Assembly (NCBI RefSeq): GCF_964204645.1
Contig: NC_134028.1
Location: forward strand, 21,014,345-21,078,344
Direction: 5' to 3'
Length of the DNA: 64,000 nt
Origin: Tubulanus polymorphus
Taxonomy: Eukaryota > Animalia > Nemertea
Part shown: piece after piece, positions 1-10,945 of the stretch
How the letters are laid out: each line of letters opens with the position of its first letter
Numbering within the stretch: position 1 is the first letter of the stretch
Notes under the pieces: model-generated
What the model was told of the DNA's origin: nothing
Database searches by the model: none
What the model saw: only the letters and a program-made list of their open reading frames with translations
Program-made: the position numbers and the translations under genes

Positions 1-134
1 CTACCCAGTACGCTACTTTTTTAAATCATGATCAAGCTAACCATAACAGATCCGGTAGCTATAGAAATGTACTGATTTAGTATTTTCATGTGGTTTACAA
101 AATCACCCGGCTGATTAGAGAAACAATGTATCAT

Positions 135-365
135 TATCTAGCCTTATCTACGTCATTTGGCATTATCGACGGTATTTGGCATTATCGACGGTGACCTTAT
201 CGACGGTATGTTTGGCATTGTTGGCGGTATTTTTGGCGTTGTTGGCGGTATTTGGCATTATTGATGGTATTTGGCATTATCGACACTATTCGGCCTTATC
301 GACGGTATTTTTGGCATTAGCGGCGGTATTTGGCATTGTTGACGTGATTGGCATTATCGACGTCG
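135..365. repeat. Degenerate ~19-21 bp minisatellite (TGGCATTATCGACGGTATT-like)
   Basis: Repeated tggcatt(a/g)t(c/t)g(a/g)cggtatt units are visible directly; they explain the repetitive ORF 176-652. Confidence 0.8.
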
Positions 366-1093
366 GATTTGATCTTTTAGCTCGGCAATTTTTGAATTGC
401 TGGTTAATTATATACCACCATTCAACCATCTATCACAGTTGTCATTACAATGATCCGCTGATCGTTTTAATATTTGTAGTGACGCTCCAACAAAATCCGA
501 AAAGGATACTTAGTAAGCGATACCGGTCACTGTTTTATTCAATGATTTATTTATCAATTCTGCTTTACCATTTTCATCATCGAACGCTGTCCCGGCAAGT
601 CCCGGTGATTCGAATATTCTCGGAGCGCGCCTTAGTAGCAATAAAGTATTGAATTGAATTGTCTGACGGCCAGTCCGGTATCCGTATAATAGCTGTTTGT
701 CAATAAAATTTTTATATAATTGAATTGTTCGGGAAATTTCGTCATCTAATTTCGCAGTTTTTCGAAGTTTGAGGTTGGTTTACAACGAAAATAACAATAA
801 ATAGGTTTGTATGGATGGTTTGACCTTCACCGGGTTTCCAAACAATCTCACAGCGTGGGGCGAACATATGACGAAGTTTTTTTTGGAGGGCCGAAAAAAA
901 GAACGAAATTGATCGTTTCAGCATGCCTAATTCAGCATTTTTAAACTATCGATTATGCATCAACGACAACATAATCGTATATATATATTGATGATTGCAA
1001 AGCAAAAATTTCCCTCGCGTATTACTTGTTGCTGTGTAAGCTAAGCGGCATGATAAAAAAGTCATCTATATTCTGACATTGATTACATAAGCA

Positions 1094-1525
1094 GGGTCAT
1101 CCTTATTACCGAAATGGCCTATTTTACCGAGATCAACCGAGATGAAATTAAACATAACATATTTATTTATTCCTTATCGTTTTGAACACTCGTAGTCATG
1201 TTATATCAGTAATGAATACCTTCTAGAGTCATATTTTACATATTTTTTATTTTAAAAAATTTTGATTTCAAATACGTTTACTCGGTTAGCAATAAAAATT
1301 TCATTGAATTTGATTGATCGACGATCTCATCTCGGTAAAGTGAAAAGTTATTTTTCTACAAAAATATCCGACGAAATATGTAAAATATGACTCCAGCAGG
1401 CATTTATTACTGATATAATATGATTTCAATTGTGAAAATCGATAAGGAATAAATGAATATGTTATATTTAATTTCATCTCGGTTCATCTCGGTAAAATAC
1501 GCCATCTCGGTAATAAGGATGACCG
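1094..1525. mobile_element. Non-autonomous DNA transposon (MITE), hAT-like
   Basis: TIRs GGTCATCCTTATTACCGA / TCGGTAATAAGGATGACC; flanking direct repeat CATAAGCA (1086-1093, 1526-1533); second copy in reverse orientation at ~46524-46920. Confidence 0.85.
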
Positions 1526-1746
1526 CATAAGCACACCCATCCTCACTTGCCAGTGTTTGATTGCCGCCCGCTGAAGCTTATGACAATACAAACCCTGGCC
1601 GCAAACCGTTCGTCTATTACATTGCCCACGCGATTTCTTGGGCGGACAGGTTCCCGCTTAGTTCACATCAGTCTAGTAGCCGGTGTCGGGTGAAAACGTC
1701 CTCGCATACCCGGTCAAAACGGCCTCGCTTTTGTCGGTCAAAACGT

Positions 1747-2195
1747 CTAATGTCTATTTCAACCTGACTTGAGAGCATTCCGGGTGGCCTAGCTCGCTCA
1801 TTTTTGGTAGTACATATCTGATAAAGGTCTTAGTACGACCAGAAAGGACTGGCAGTCGACCTTAAACATCATTTTTTAATCCATTTTAAACTGTATTGAA
1901 GGATATCCAAAAAGTCTTCACTGAAAGGGGTTAAATGAAGAGAAGTGACTCCATGATTTGAAAGTTTAACAATATGCCTACATACCAAACTTCAGTTGGT
2001 AGGCATGGAGACATATTGTTAAACTTTCAAATCATGGAGTCTCTTTTCTCTCATGAACCCCTTTCAATAAAGACTTTTTGGATATTCTTCATTCCGTTTA
2101 AAGTGGATTAAAAAACGATGTTTAAGGTCGACTGCCTGTTTTTTCTGAGCTAGGCCACTCGGAATGCTCTCAAGTCAGGTTGAAATAGACATTAG
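1747..2195. mobile_element. Foldback/palindromic MITE nested in the MULE-like element
   Basis: CTAATGTCTATTTCAACCTGACTTGAGAGCATTCCG... at 1747 is mirrored by ...CGGAATGCTCTCAAGTCAGGTTGAAATAGACATTAG ending at 2195; the arms pair towards a centre near 1990. Confidence 0.8.
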
Positions 2196-2563
2196 GGCGA
2201 ACCTGCTCATATTAGGTGAATTTTCGTCCCTCATTTTGAGGGACGAGGCTTTGAGTGTCTATTTCACCCCTTAAAACACTTTCAACTTACCTCAAACTGA
2301 CTGTTCTGTCTGTAATCGAATGGAAGTTACCGGTAACTATTCTTTGTGCATAAATAATCCTAAGTAGCTTTTGACGATCGTAGTAACTCAAAACTTTTGA
2401 CTAGTCGCCTCAAAAAATAGTTGAAGTGAAGCAACATAACAAATATTGCGGCTTTTCGTGTTGCATGCATGATGAGTTAACCTCTATATGGCACTTTCGC
2501 GTCAGAAGTTGTTAGAGGCAACCGTAACAACGACTGGTATTCAGACTAACCTGTCTGTATATC

Positions 2564-3243
2564 TGTGACAGAGTGTCTAACAGCGTTCCTACTAGCTCAG
2601 CTAGCGGGAATATTCCCTTTGGCTCAGCGGTAGAGCGTCTGCTTTGGACGCCAGGCATCGAGAGTTTGAATCTCGGGAGGGACAGAAATTTCTTCCTGTT
2701 ACATTTGGGGGCTCGTCCGTCTCTGCGATAACCCTGGGTCCAAGTTCATGTCGTCCCACAGTCGTCATGAGTGGTAATGTCAATCACCTTAGGGAATCAC
2801 GACACGAGGATGTGTCCTTTCAAGAAGGCGGTGAGTGTGACAGAGTGTATAACAGCGTTCCTACTAGCTCAGCTAGCGGGAATATTCCCTTTGGCTCAGC
2901 GGTAGAGCGTCTGCTTTGGACGCCAGGCATCGAGAGTTCGAATCTCGGGAGGGACAGAAATTTCTTCCTGTTACATTTGGGGGCTCGTCTCTGCGATAAC
3001 CCTGGGTCCAAGTTCATGTCGTCCCACAGTCGTCATGAGTGGTAATGTCAATCACCTTAGGGAATCACGACACGAGGATGTGTCCTTTCAAGAAGGCGGT
3101 GAGTGTGACAGAGTGTATAACAGCGTTCCTACTAGCTCAGCTAGCAGGAATATTCCCTTTGGCTCAGCGGTAGAGCGTCTGCCTTGGACGCCAGGCATCA
3201 AGAGTTCGAATCTCGGGAAGGACAGAGATTTCTTCCTGTTACA
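2564..3243 (+). mobile_element. Tandem TRIM (LTR-internal-LTR-internal-LTR) with tRNA-like module in each LTR
   Basis: Three 140-bp TGTGACAG...CTGTTACA repeats (2564-2703, 2836-2975, 3104-3243); internal segments of 132 and 128 bp; PBS TGGGGGCTCGTCCG (2706-2719) complementary to the tRNA-Pro 3' end; purine-rich AAGAAGGCGGTGAG before LTR2 and LTR3; TSD TATC (2560-2563, 3244-3247). Confidence 0.9.
2884..2956 (+). ncRNA. tRNA-like Pol III module inside LTR (repeated in LTR1 and LTR3); probably not a functional tRNA
   Basis: A box TGGCTCAGCGGTAGAGC with D-stem GCTC/GAGC, B box GAGTTCGAATC, acceptor-like TCCCTT/GAGGGA; the anticodon stem is imperfect. Confidence 0.65.
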
Positions 3244-3511
3244 TATCTAACCAATCAGACGCGTGGTATTGAGCAAATGATGCCGGTAAAAATGCGTCTG
3301 ATTGGCTGGATATGTAGACTGGTGTGAGCTTAGCGGGAACCTGTCCGCCCAAGAATTCTTAAGCGATGTTGGCATAATAGACCAGTCAAAGGGTTTGCGA
3401 CCAGGGTTTGTATTGGCGTAAGCTCCAGAGGGCGGCAATCAAACACTGGCAAGCGAGGATGAAGCACACCACAAATCATCTATTTCAAGTCGATATATCG
3501 TCTGGCATTCA

Positions 3512-3589
3512 GGACCCAGTTCCACATTTGTGAGTTAGAGTTAACTCATGAGTCTTAAATCATAACTCGGAACTGTGGAACTGGACCCA
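3512..3589. mobile_element. Short palindromic MITE-like repeat
   Basis: CCAGTTCCACA...TGTGGAACTGG ends; related copy at ~51672-51772. Confidence 0.6.
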
Positions 3590-3712
3590 GATTATTAAGG
3601 TTGTACCGGTATTGGATATCGAAATTGTCTGATTGTCAAGCATTCCGCGGTTTCTGTGGACTCGGGTGTGATGTAAGTCGCTTTTTGTGTTTGCAGTTCG
3701 GTAAATCACACG

Positions 3713-6700
3713 ATGTTAGCGGTGAAACTTTGTCGTTTGCCGACAGTACGGAGCCTCGTCTCACCGCAGCAGGTGAAATTCTTCCAGCAACCGGTCAGAA
3801 ATGCCGCATCTCAGAAAACTCGTATCGGACGCCTGCCTCGCCGCTCGGTGGGGGAAACTATTAAACAAACAGTAGCGACACCTGCTGGTGAATCAGGTAA
3901 ACACATCTACCTTCCCAAGTATTTACCCAAATTGACAGCTTAGTTTTGAATAAAACGTTTGAGAGCCTTCAGTCTTCATTTCGCTTGGCCTGAGAAAATC
4001 TTCCGGTCCCAAAACATCCCGATTCACATATGGGTTTATTGTTGAGTTAACGGCCTTAAACCGATACGTTTGAGTAGAATTACAAAACTCGCAATCATAA
4101 GAACAATATAGGCATCCTGGCTATGATTAGAACACTTAAAATGTCAGTTTTAGTTAAGGTGATCTAAGCGTTCCTGATTTTCAGTATTTGTTTGCTATTT
4201 TATAACAAAACATAGCCTACTAATTATTTGATATTGTTCGATGCATACAGAAGTATGAAAGAAGTTACTGAGGGTCTTGCCGTTGATTACTGATCTATTT
4301 TAACATTTTCTTTCCTATTTCAAGAAAAATTCAATTTGTTACTGCATTGTTACTAGCACTTTTCATAGTTTGGCAGCCTAATAACTCACTGAATTTCTGA
4401 AAATCGAGACCTTGGAATTTCGGCCGATTTTCCGACTTAAAGCTGTCCGACTTTCGCCAGCTCTATTGTACATAGGTATATTTATTGTTTCAGCTTTCAG
4501 TCTCGGCAAGGGAGCGATAGCGGGTGCATCTTTAGTTGGGCTCGGAGCGCTATGTTACTACGGAATGGGAATGTCGAGTGAATTGGGTGCAATTGACAGA
4601 GCTACGTAAGTTTAAATACTAACCCTCCCAGTATCTGATGCCCGAAAATATTTTGTTAGCTGGCTTTTTATTTTACACATCAAAATCGTTTAATGCTCAG
4701 CACTGCCATCAGAACAATCAAACTGAGATTATAGAAGGTAAAGATATTCAGGTCCCCATGTTATTGATATGACTATGGTAAAAATTCATGTGTTTATGCT
4801 ATGGTTTATAATTGGAATTTTCTGTCTTCAGATTATGGCCCCCGATTGTCAAGGAGAGAATAAGAGATACATACATGTATTTTGCTGGTAGTATCGGTAT
4901 AACCGCCGCCTCGGCTCTGGCAGTCGTAAAGAGGAGTCCTAAAATTTTGGAATTCATGATGAAAAACTCATTGATTGTAAGTAGTAATGAACAAGATGAT
5001 TTAACCTCTTCGCTACCATGCGCGATGTATATTTACGTCGCAAATATATTCATTTACTACAATTGCTGGTGTGGTGAGTCACTACGCCGCTGGTGTATAG
5101 ACGTACTAAATGATCGTCTGCTTCAATTTAGTTACACTATTACTCATAGATGGCGAATCAGTGCCTCAAATACTGAACTGAATTGAAACTAAATATGAAT
5201 ATGGGAAAATGCTCTGGTGAGGGGCGTTACATTACCTATGGTAGCGAAGATGTTAAGACTGCCAATATTAGTACAATGGAACATTGGAAGCGTTAAATCA
5301 TGAAAATCTATTTATCCCATCCCCTTCAACTATTTTACTTGTGGGGCCAGTTGCTGGAAAGATGGTTAAAGATGACCGGTGGATGAACATACTGTAGTAA
5401 CAATGAACTTTCAATTGTCACGATGTCGACTATCGACTGGTTAACTCTAACCAATTTTTGAGCAACTGGCCCCCGAGTACTTGTTCTTTGATTCGAGACC
5501 TAATTCTATGTCGGGTTGATTTTGTAGGGAATAGGAGCTACGTTTGCATTGATGATCGGCAGTGGAATGGTTTGTCGTTCGTTGCCTTATGAAGAAGGTT
5601 TCGGTGCGAAGCAGATTGCCTGGTTGGTTCACAGCGGCATTATGGGTGCCGTTGTGGCACCTGTATGTTTATTAGGAGGACCGTTACTCGTCCGAGCTGC
5701 CTGGTACACTGCTGGAGTTGTTGGAGGTAGTATACCTTAATTAAAGCCTATTTTAGCTGCCTGTAGCTCGAACCATCCTCCCACATTTTAACCCATAAGT
5801 AATCAGGAATTTCACTATGTAGTGTCAATTACTTCTCAGAAAATTCAAGGGAAAATCTAAGTTCATCACGATACCGAATAGCTCATTTGCTGTTTATTTC
5901 CATGCATTACAGGTTCGTGTAAATCATGTCCTTTTGGCCCCCAGAAATTCATCCAAACTTACTTGGATTTGAAGTGGGCGCTCAGATGTGTCATCTTCAT
6001 ACTCTAAATACTTCAGATATTGAAAAAGATGTTGTTTTCTGTACCAAGGAATAATAAATAATAGATTTGATAACTGGCTTGTTGCTAGATAACCATCCAA
6101 GCTAATGAATACAGGATATGCTTTTCACACAATTTTCTTGCTTATGCTGGTTGAGCCTGTCATCAATCTGCTGGCTGCACCTTTGTACATTCAATACATT
6201 ATCACCTATTCATCCAATGTTTTTTTATCGTCAAGGCTTCACCATCCTCATCCTTGCTTGCCAGTGTTTGTTTGCCGCCCGCTGAAGCTTACGCCAACAC
6301 AAACCCTGGCCGCAAACCCTTCATTGGTTTATTACATTGCCCAGGAAGTCTTGGGCGTACGGGTTCCCACCAGTCTATATCTAGCCGATCTGATGTGCGG
6401 TATCTATAAATGCCCACCAGTCAATATATCTAGCCAATCAGATGCGCGGTATCTATAAAGCAAACTTTCCGGTAAAGACAATGCATCTGCCATGCTTGGG
6501 GATTGATACTGCTCGATACTAACTACATGTTTAATGCCTTCAATCTATTAATGTATTTGCAGGTTTATCAACAGTGGCTATTTGTGCTCCCAGTGAGAAA
6601 TTCCTGAATATGGGAGGACCTTTGGCTATCGGATTGGGAGTTGTATTCGTTTCGTCTCTCGGTAAATGTTTTCTTTTTTATAGAGTTCACATTTATTGTT

Positions 6701-7702
6701 GATCCGCGCATCGCCAGACCTGTAGTATGAAATATTCGACTTTATTATTCTAGGAAGTATGTTTCTGCCACCTACAACTGCTCTAGGAGCCGGTCTGTAC
6801 TCGATGAGTATTTACGGCGGTTTGATACTGTTCAGTATGTTCTTGTTATACGATACCCAGAAAATAATCAAATCGGCAGAAATGCATCCGGTTTATGCCA
6901 TGCAGAAATACGATCCCATCAACAGGTAATTTGAATTAGTTAACAGGAAAACCACTGAGCAATGGGGAACCGGCATAACCAGCTGTCCCACCAGTAGAAT
7001 GAAAGTATAATTGTTTATTTAGTGGGTGCTGAGATTACATACAAATTTGGGAGTCAAAAAATCCAGTTCAAAGTACATTGAAAATGAACTAATTTTGACT
7101 ATGGACAACCTACTGACTCAATCAAATTCATCCAGATTGAATATCATATTTTACTACAAACACTTGCGTGTAAGTGGAATGAAAATGATATCTGGATTAG
7201 ATCAAAATCTCGATTAAACGTGCTTTACTTTGCTACACAGTGGAACCTCGTTTTAATGAACTCCAAAACAACAATTCATCGGATATAACAAATATAGAAT
7301 TTCGTCCCAAGTAAGACAATTTGACTAGTTTCATACTTGATATAACGAACTATCATTATAACGAACATATTGTCTGGTCCCGTGCACTTCGCTGTAACGA
7401 GGTTCCATTGTATATCTAATTGATAACTGATCAGGTGACCTGAAGTGCTGAGATCTGAGACACGATGTCCTTTCACCCAGTCCTGGCAGAGTGGTTGTCT
7501 CCACAGAGATCTCCGTCATCTGTTGTACATCAGACACTAAAGCTCTCGGTGAAGATGTCCTACGAGAGTTAGATTTACATGCCTATGTATGACGTCTATT
7601 GTTTTCTATTTTAACAGATCAATTGGAATATATTTGGACACGTTGAACATTTTCATGCGAATTGCAACCATCCTCGCGGGAGGTGGTAATCGTAGGAGGT
7701 AA
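3713..7702 (+). CDS. GHITM: Growth hormone-inducible transmembrane protein (TMBIM5/MICS1, Bax inhibitor-1 family)
   Basis: Coding exons 3713-3896, 4494-4605, 4832-4976, 5528-5726, 6563-6661, 6754-6925, 7618-7702, all GT-AG and phase-compatible. Motifs GLGALCYYG, WPPIVKERIRDTYMYF, RAAWYTAGVVGGLSTVAICAPSEKFLNMGGPL, LYDTQKIIK, YDPINRSIGIYLDTLNIFMRIA; Arg-rich mitochondrial-type N-terminus. Confidence 0.96.
5344..5473. mobile_element. Short MITE family (GGGCCAGTTGCT...AGCAACTGGCCC)
   Basis: Inverted ends; related copies at ~23203-23603, 26836-26955 and 51549-51676. Confidence 0.7.
6248..6460 (+). mobile_element. Partial copy (one TIR) of the MULE-like element in a GHITM intron
   Basis: CTTGCCAGTGTTTGTTTGCCGCCCGCTGAAGCTTACGCCAACACAAACCCTGGCCGCAAACC matches the 1538 TIR. 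Confidence 0.75.
7235..7412. mobile_element. Tc1/mariner-type MITE
   Basis: CAGTGGAACCTCG...CGAGGTTCCATTG inverted ends; similar element at ~55193-55325. Confidence 0.6.
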
Positions 7703-8696
7703 TCGCAGGAGGAGGTAAATGGTGAAAAGACGCTGAACTCGTGATAATAATCGGATGTTTTCATTTTCATGCTAGCTCTAAACCGCAGAATAAGAATCCT
7801 CTATTCGTTTGTGATAGTTTCTTAAAACGCTGTGTCTTATAAAAAATGTGCTAACATTATTTAGAAATACATAAAGATTAAACTAAACCATGCACTTTTT
7901 GTTTGGAAATTTCTGTAAATAAATAATTTATGAATTAAACAAGGGGAGTTTTAGTCAATTTGATTATTCGTTCTGCAGCATTCCACAGTTTTGTCTTATT
8001 ACAAGTCTCAGCATTACTAATTCATTGGTCCCGTGAGATCGGAAAAAAAGTGCTAACGGAAAAAGTGCTAACTGCCATCTTGGTAGAATATTGGTCTATA
8101 TGGTCTGGAAATGTTGGGATAAAATTTAAATTCCTTCAAAAGCACGTGAGTCCGCTGTCTGCTTAAGTACATTGCTGAGCAAAGAGTCTTATTAATAGTG
8201 GCAATAGTAGACCCACCTAGAATAAAATTTTAGAATGATACAAATATTCATTTAAGGCAAACTAGTGTTGCGTTGCACGATGTATGTATGGTATGGAATT
8301 AGACCTGCGCCACGGTAGAATAGTGAGGCTGTAAGGATACGATAGATATTGACCATTCAGAGCTGTCCCTTTTCATATGAAAAGAAAAACTCATCTGCCG
8401 CATATACATTTCCTTATTACATACATACGTACGGAGGTGACATGTGAAAAAAATTGATATTTATATTTCGAAATAATCTTTAGAATTTCTCAGAAATCTT
8501 ATCGGCGCAATTCCCCCTGAATCCATGGAGTGGTCAAGCAAATCATCAAAGCGTTCAGAGCCATGGTAATAAATCGATTCCTTGATTACGTACCTAATAT
8601 CCAAATTCTTAGTCTGAATACCAGTCGTTGTTACCGGTTCCCTGTTGTTTGTGGAACGACGGCTAGATACTAGACTACCAAATTCTAATCTACGTC

Positions 8697-8918
8697 AGGC
8701 TAAACAAAAATGATACCTTGTTTCTCCGCAGCGGCCGGGTCATTTTTGTAAAATATGATAAAATTTATAAACAGTTCATTTCTATAGCGGCCGGGTCTGT
8801 TATGGTAAAATTGATCACGATTTTAAAAAAAAGTCATGTATAGAGTAGATAGGCGGCCGGCCGGGTCAACATTTAAGCTCAGGAGAGCGGAGAAACAAGG
8901 TATCATTTTTTTAGCCTT
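8697..8918. mobile_element. MITE with AGGCTAAACAAAAATGATACCTTGTTTCTCCGC TIRs
   Basis: Inverted ends at 8697 and ~8918; an isolated end at ~11540-11584. Confidence 0.65.
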
Positions 8919-9342
8919 ACTAACCCTAGTTTGTATAGACAGTAGCCGAATTGTTGTATGATTCTCATTTCGTCACATGAAATATAAGTTGATTAAGCCC
9001 TCAAACCCCAGAAGCTCCATGGATCGAGCTTAAAATCATCTGTAAATCAAATTCAAATAACGCAAATAAATGTCATGGTGTATATATGGGTAAATCTTGG
9101 GATACTTGTTCGTCCAAATTTCTATTTTCTAAAAAACAAATCTCTTGAATCGATCCTTCTTGCAGATAACCACTGTACGTACCAGTCGGAATGACTTGAA
9201 AAAGCCTAGCCTCAGTAATCTTGTAGGCCTATGAAATTCAATTGTTTATTCTGAAGCTTTTGTTAAAAGAATCTGAATCTAAGAATACGCGCAACATGGA
9301 TCTTATATGACCAACCTTTTTATTGCTTGTCTTACACGGTCA

Positions 9343-10180
9343 CTATGCGTCTGAATAACAATGTCCATGGTTGTTTTTTACCGAATTACACAGATTTGTA
9401 CAACTATTGAGACCACCATTACAATGTTCGGAATCAGCAGCTTTGAAACAAGCGGTCGTCTCTTCATCGAAAGGACATTTAATCGTTTCTCCATCATCTT
9501 CTTTCACAGCACTATCTTTGCAAGTCACAATCTTACTACTGTATGCGTCACAAGCTTCGTCAGCGGAAACCAGACCCAACGACAACAGCAACACGGCTAA
9601 TATCACGTGAACCTGAATATGAATGGAATTAAATCAGATCATCTTAAACATCGTCTATCATTAAATCAATTAGATTTTTGAAATAGTAAAGTTTATAGTT
9701 TCAAAATAACGAGTGAATTACAGAATGAAATTTTTATATATTTCTGAATCGCAGAATCGCACCTTATTCATTTGATTATATACCGTTATATATTTATCGA
9801 CCAGCTAAAACTGGAGGTCCGTTCGATTTTAGAACGGGTTGATTAAAAACCAACCAAAAATACTCAGGGTCCGTTATAAAATTTAGAACGGACTATCACT
9901 GCAGTCGCATTCACGCTAGTTATTTTAGTCTATACGAATCCGGTCCAGTATTTGGATGGTCTAGCTAGCTAGACGCAACACCGCAATCTACAGGGCAATT
10001 AAGAGCAGTTTCTACCTTCACAGAAATGGCCCGTTCTACGTTTAGAATGCGGGTTGGGTAAAATGAAAGTGAAAATGTTCAAAAACGCAGCTTGCAGAAG
10101 CACAACTGAATTGTCTCCGGGTCGAATATGACCGTTCAACCGGTACGTACGTGTCTTCGCCGACTTACCTTTAAATTCAT
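9343..10180 (-). CDS. Small secreted acidic 8-Cys protein, copy A (~93 aa)
   Basis: Exon 1 CDS 10180-10169 ATGAATTTAAAG|gtaagt; exon 2 9612-9343 after ttcag, phase 0. MNLKVHVILAVLLLSLGLVSA signal peptide + DEACDAYSSKIVTCKDSAVKEDDGETIKCPFDEETTACFKAADSEHCNGGLNSCTNLCNSVKNNHGHCYSDA; AATAAA at 9324-9319. The same structure is seen in two paralogs. Confidence 0.85.
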
Positions 10181-10269
10181 TGTTTCTGGAAATATGGTGA
10201 ATACAAGACAAATTGACTTAAGTGTCGATCGAAACTGCTTCACATTCTGAAGCTGAAAGAACTGCCGGC

Positions 10270-10282
10270 TTTTATTACGTGG
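10270..10282 (-). promoter_or_regulatory. TATA-like core promoter of copy A
   Basis: CCACGTAATAAAA about 90 bp upstream of the ATG; conserved at 40707-40719 (B) and as CCACGTGATAAAA at 51240-51252 (C). Confidence 0.55.
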
Positions 10283-10789
10283 AGCAAATCGATTAACTAC
10301 GGCGCGCTGTCAACCTGTCAACATGTCAAAGTCTCGTTTACGTAAAAAGTGGTAAATGTTTTTATCGAATATATGCAATTTTCCTGAATTACCAAAGGCA
10401 CGCATTATCTGATATAGACTATGTATATAAACTAATTTGAAATATACCTCAGGCCGTGTGGGGAGCAATCTAATGCATCTAATAGAAAACTCCATCAATT
10501 CTTTTGAGTGCCCTTTTTCTTGAGAGATTAAAACGAGTTAGATCTAATGTTAAAAACTTATAATCAATTATGAGTCGCGTACATAGGATTCTTTCTCAAG
10601 TTCTAGTTTTATTATAGGCCTACGTCCTTCAAGAAATACGAGGCGGACTTTATGCGGACCTGCAGCGATCTATCATTTCTTTAAAAGGAGTCGACGAGTT
10701 GAGTCGAGATCGAAATTATTTTAATCAAAATGAAGGCTTTGATTAGTTTTTTTTGTCGTTAGTTAGTTAGTTAGCTGTAAATCGTGAAT

Positions 10790-10945
10790 AATCCTATGCG
10801 CAGTATTATACAGCCTGTATAGCTGCAGGTGTTTTTGAAACTTCGATACATATGTATTTCATCAGGAAATTCTTATGCCGATGAACAACAACACAACACG
10901 GAGAATGACGTGGCGTTTAGAATAACCATGTTATTCAGCTACGTA
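10790..10945. promoter_or_regulatory. Conserved upstream non-coding module of the 8-Cys gene family
   Basis: GCTGCAGGTGTTTTTGAAA...TTTCATCAG...TGACGTGGCGTTTAGAA recurs at ~41355-41500, 43525-43675 and 52915-53070. Confidence 0.55.

Larger units (their letters stand above)
1538..3461. mobile_element. Non-autonomous Mutator (MULE)-like element with ~140-bp TIRs, carrying nested insertions
   Basis: TIR CATCCTCACTTGCCAGTGTTTGATTGCCGCCC... at 1538, with its reverse complement ending ...AAACACTGGCAAGCGAGGATG at 3461; 9-bp TSD AAGCACACC (1529-1537, 3462-3470). Long TIRs plus a 9-bp TSD are typical of MULEs. Confidence 0.85.

Noticed and set aside
176-652. 158-aa hydrophobic ORF
   Set aside because: Translation of a minisatellite; no real ATG and no splice support.
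2706-2719. Self-priming of the TRIM by its own tRNA-like module
   Set aside because: The module's loop could read as a TGG (Pro) anticodon, but its 3' end (CTCGGGAGGGAC) is not complementary to the PBS, so host tRNA-Pro is required.
2612-3225. Cluster of three genuine tRNA genes, or a CRISPR-like array
   Set aside because: Anticodon and T stems are imperfect, spacers are identical, and the units have LTR termini, a PBS, a purine tract and a TSD; the context is eukaryotic with no cas genes.
9763-9771. Nearer candidate first exon ATGAATAAG|gtgcga for copy A (ATGAATATACAT|gtaggc in C)
   Set aside because: The GT donor is absent at the equivalent site in B, whereas the distal exon has a strong donor and a TATA-like box in all three copies.
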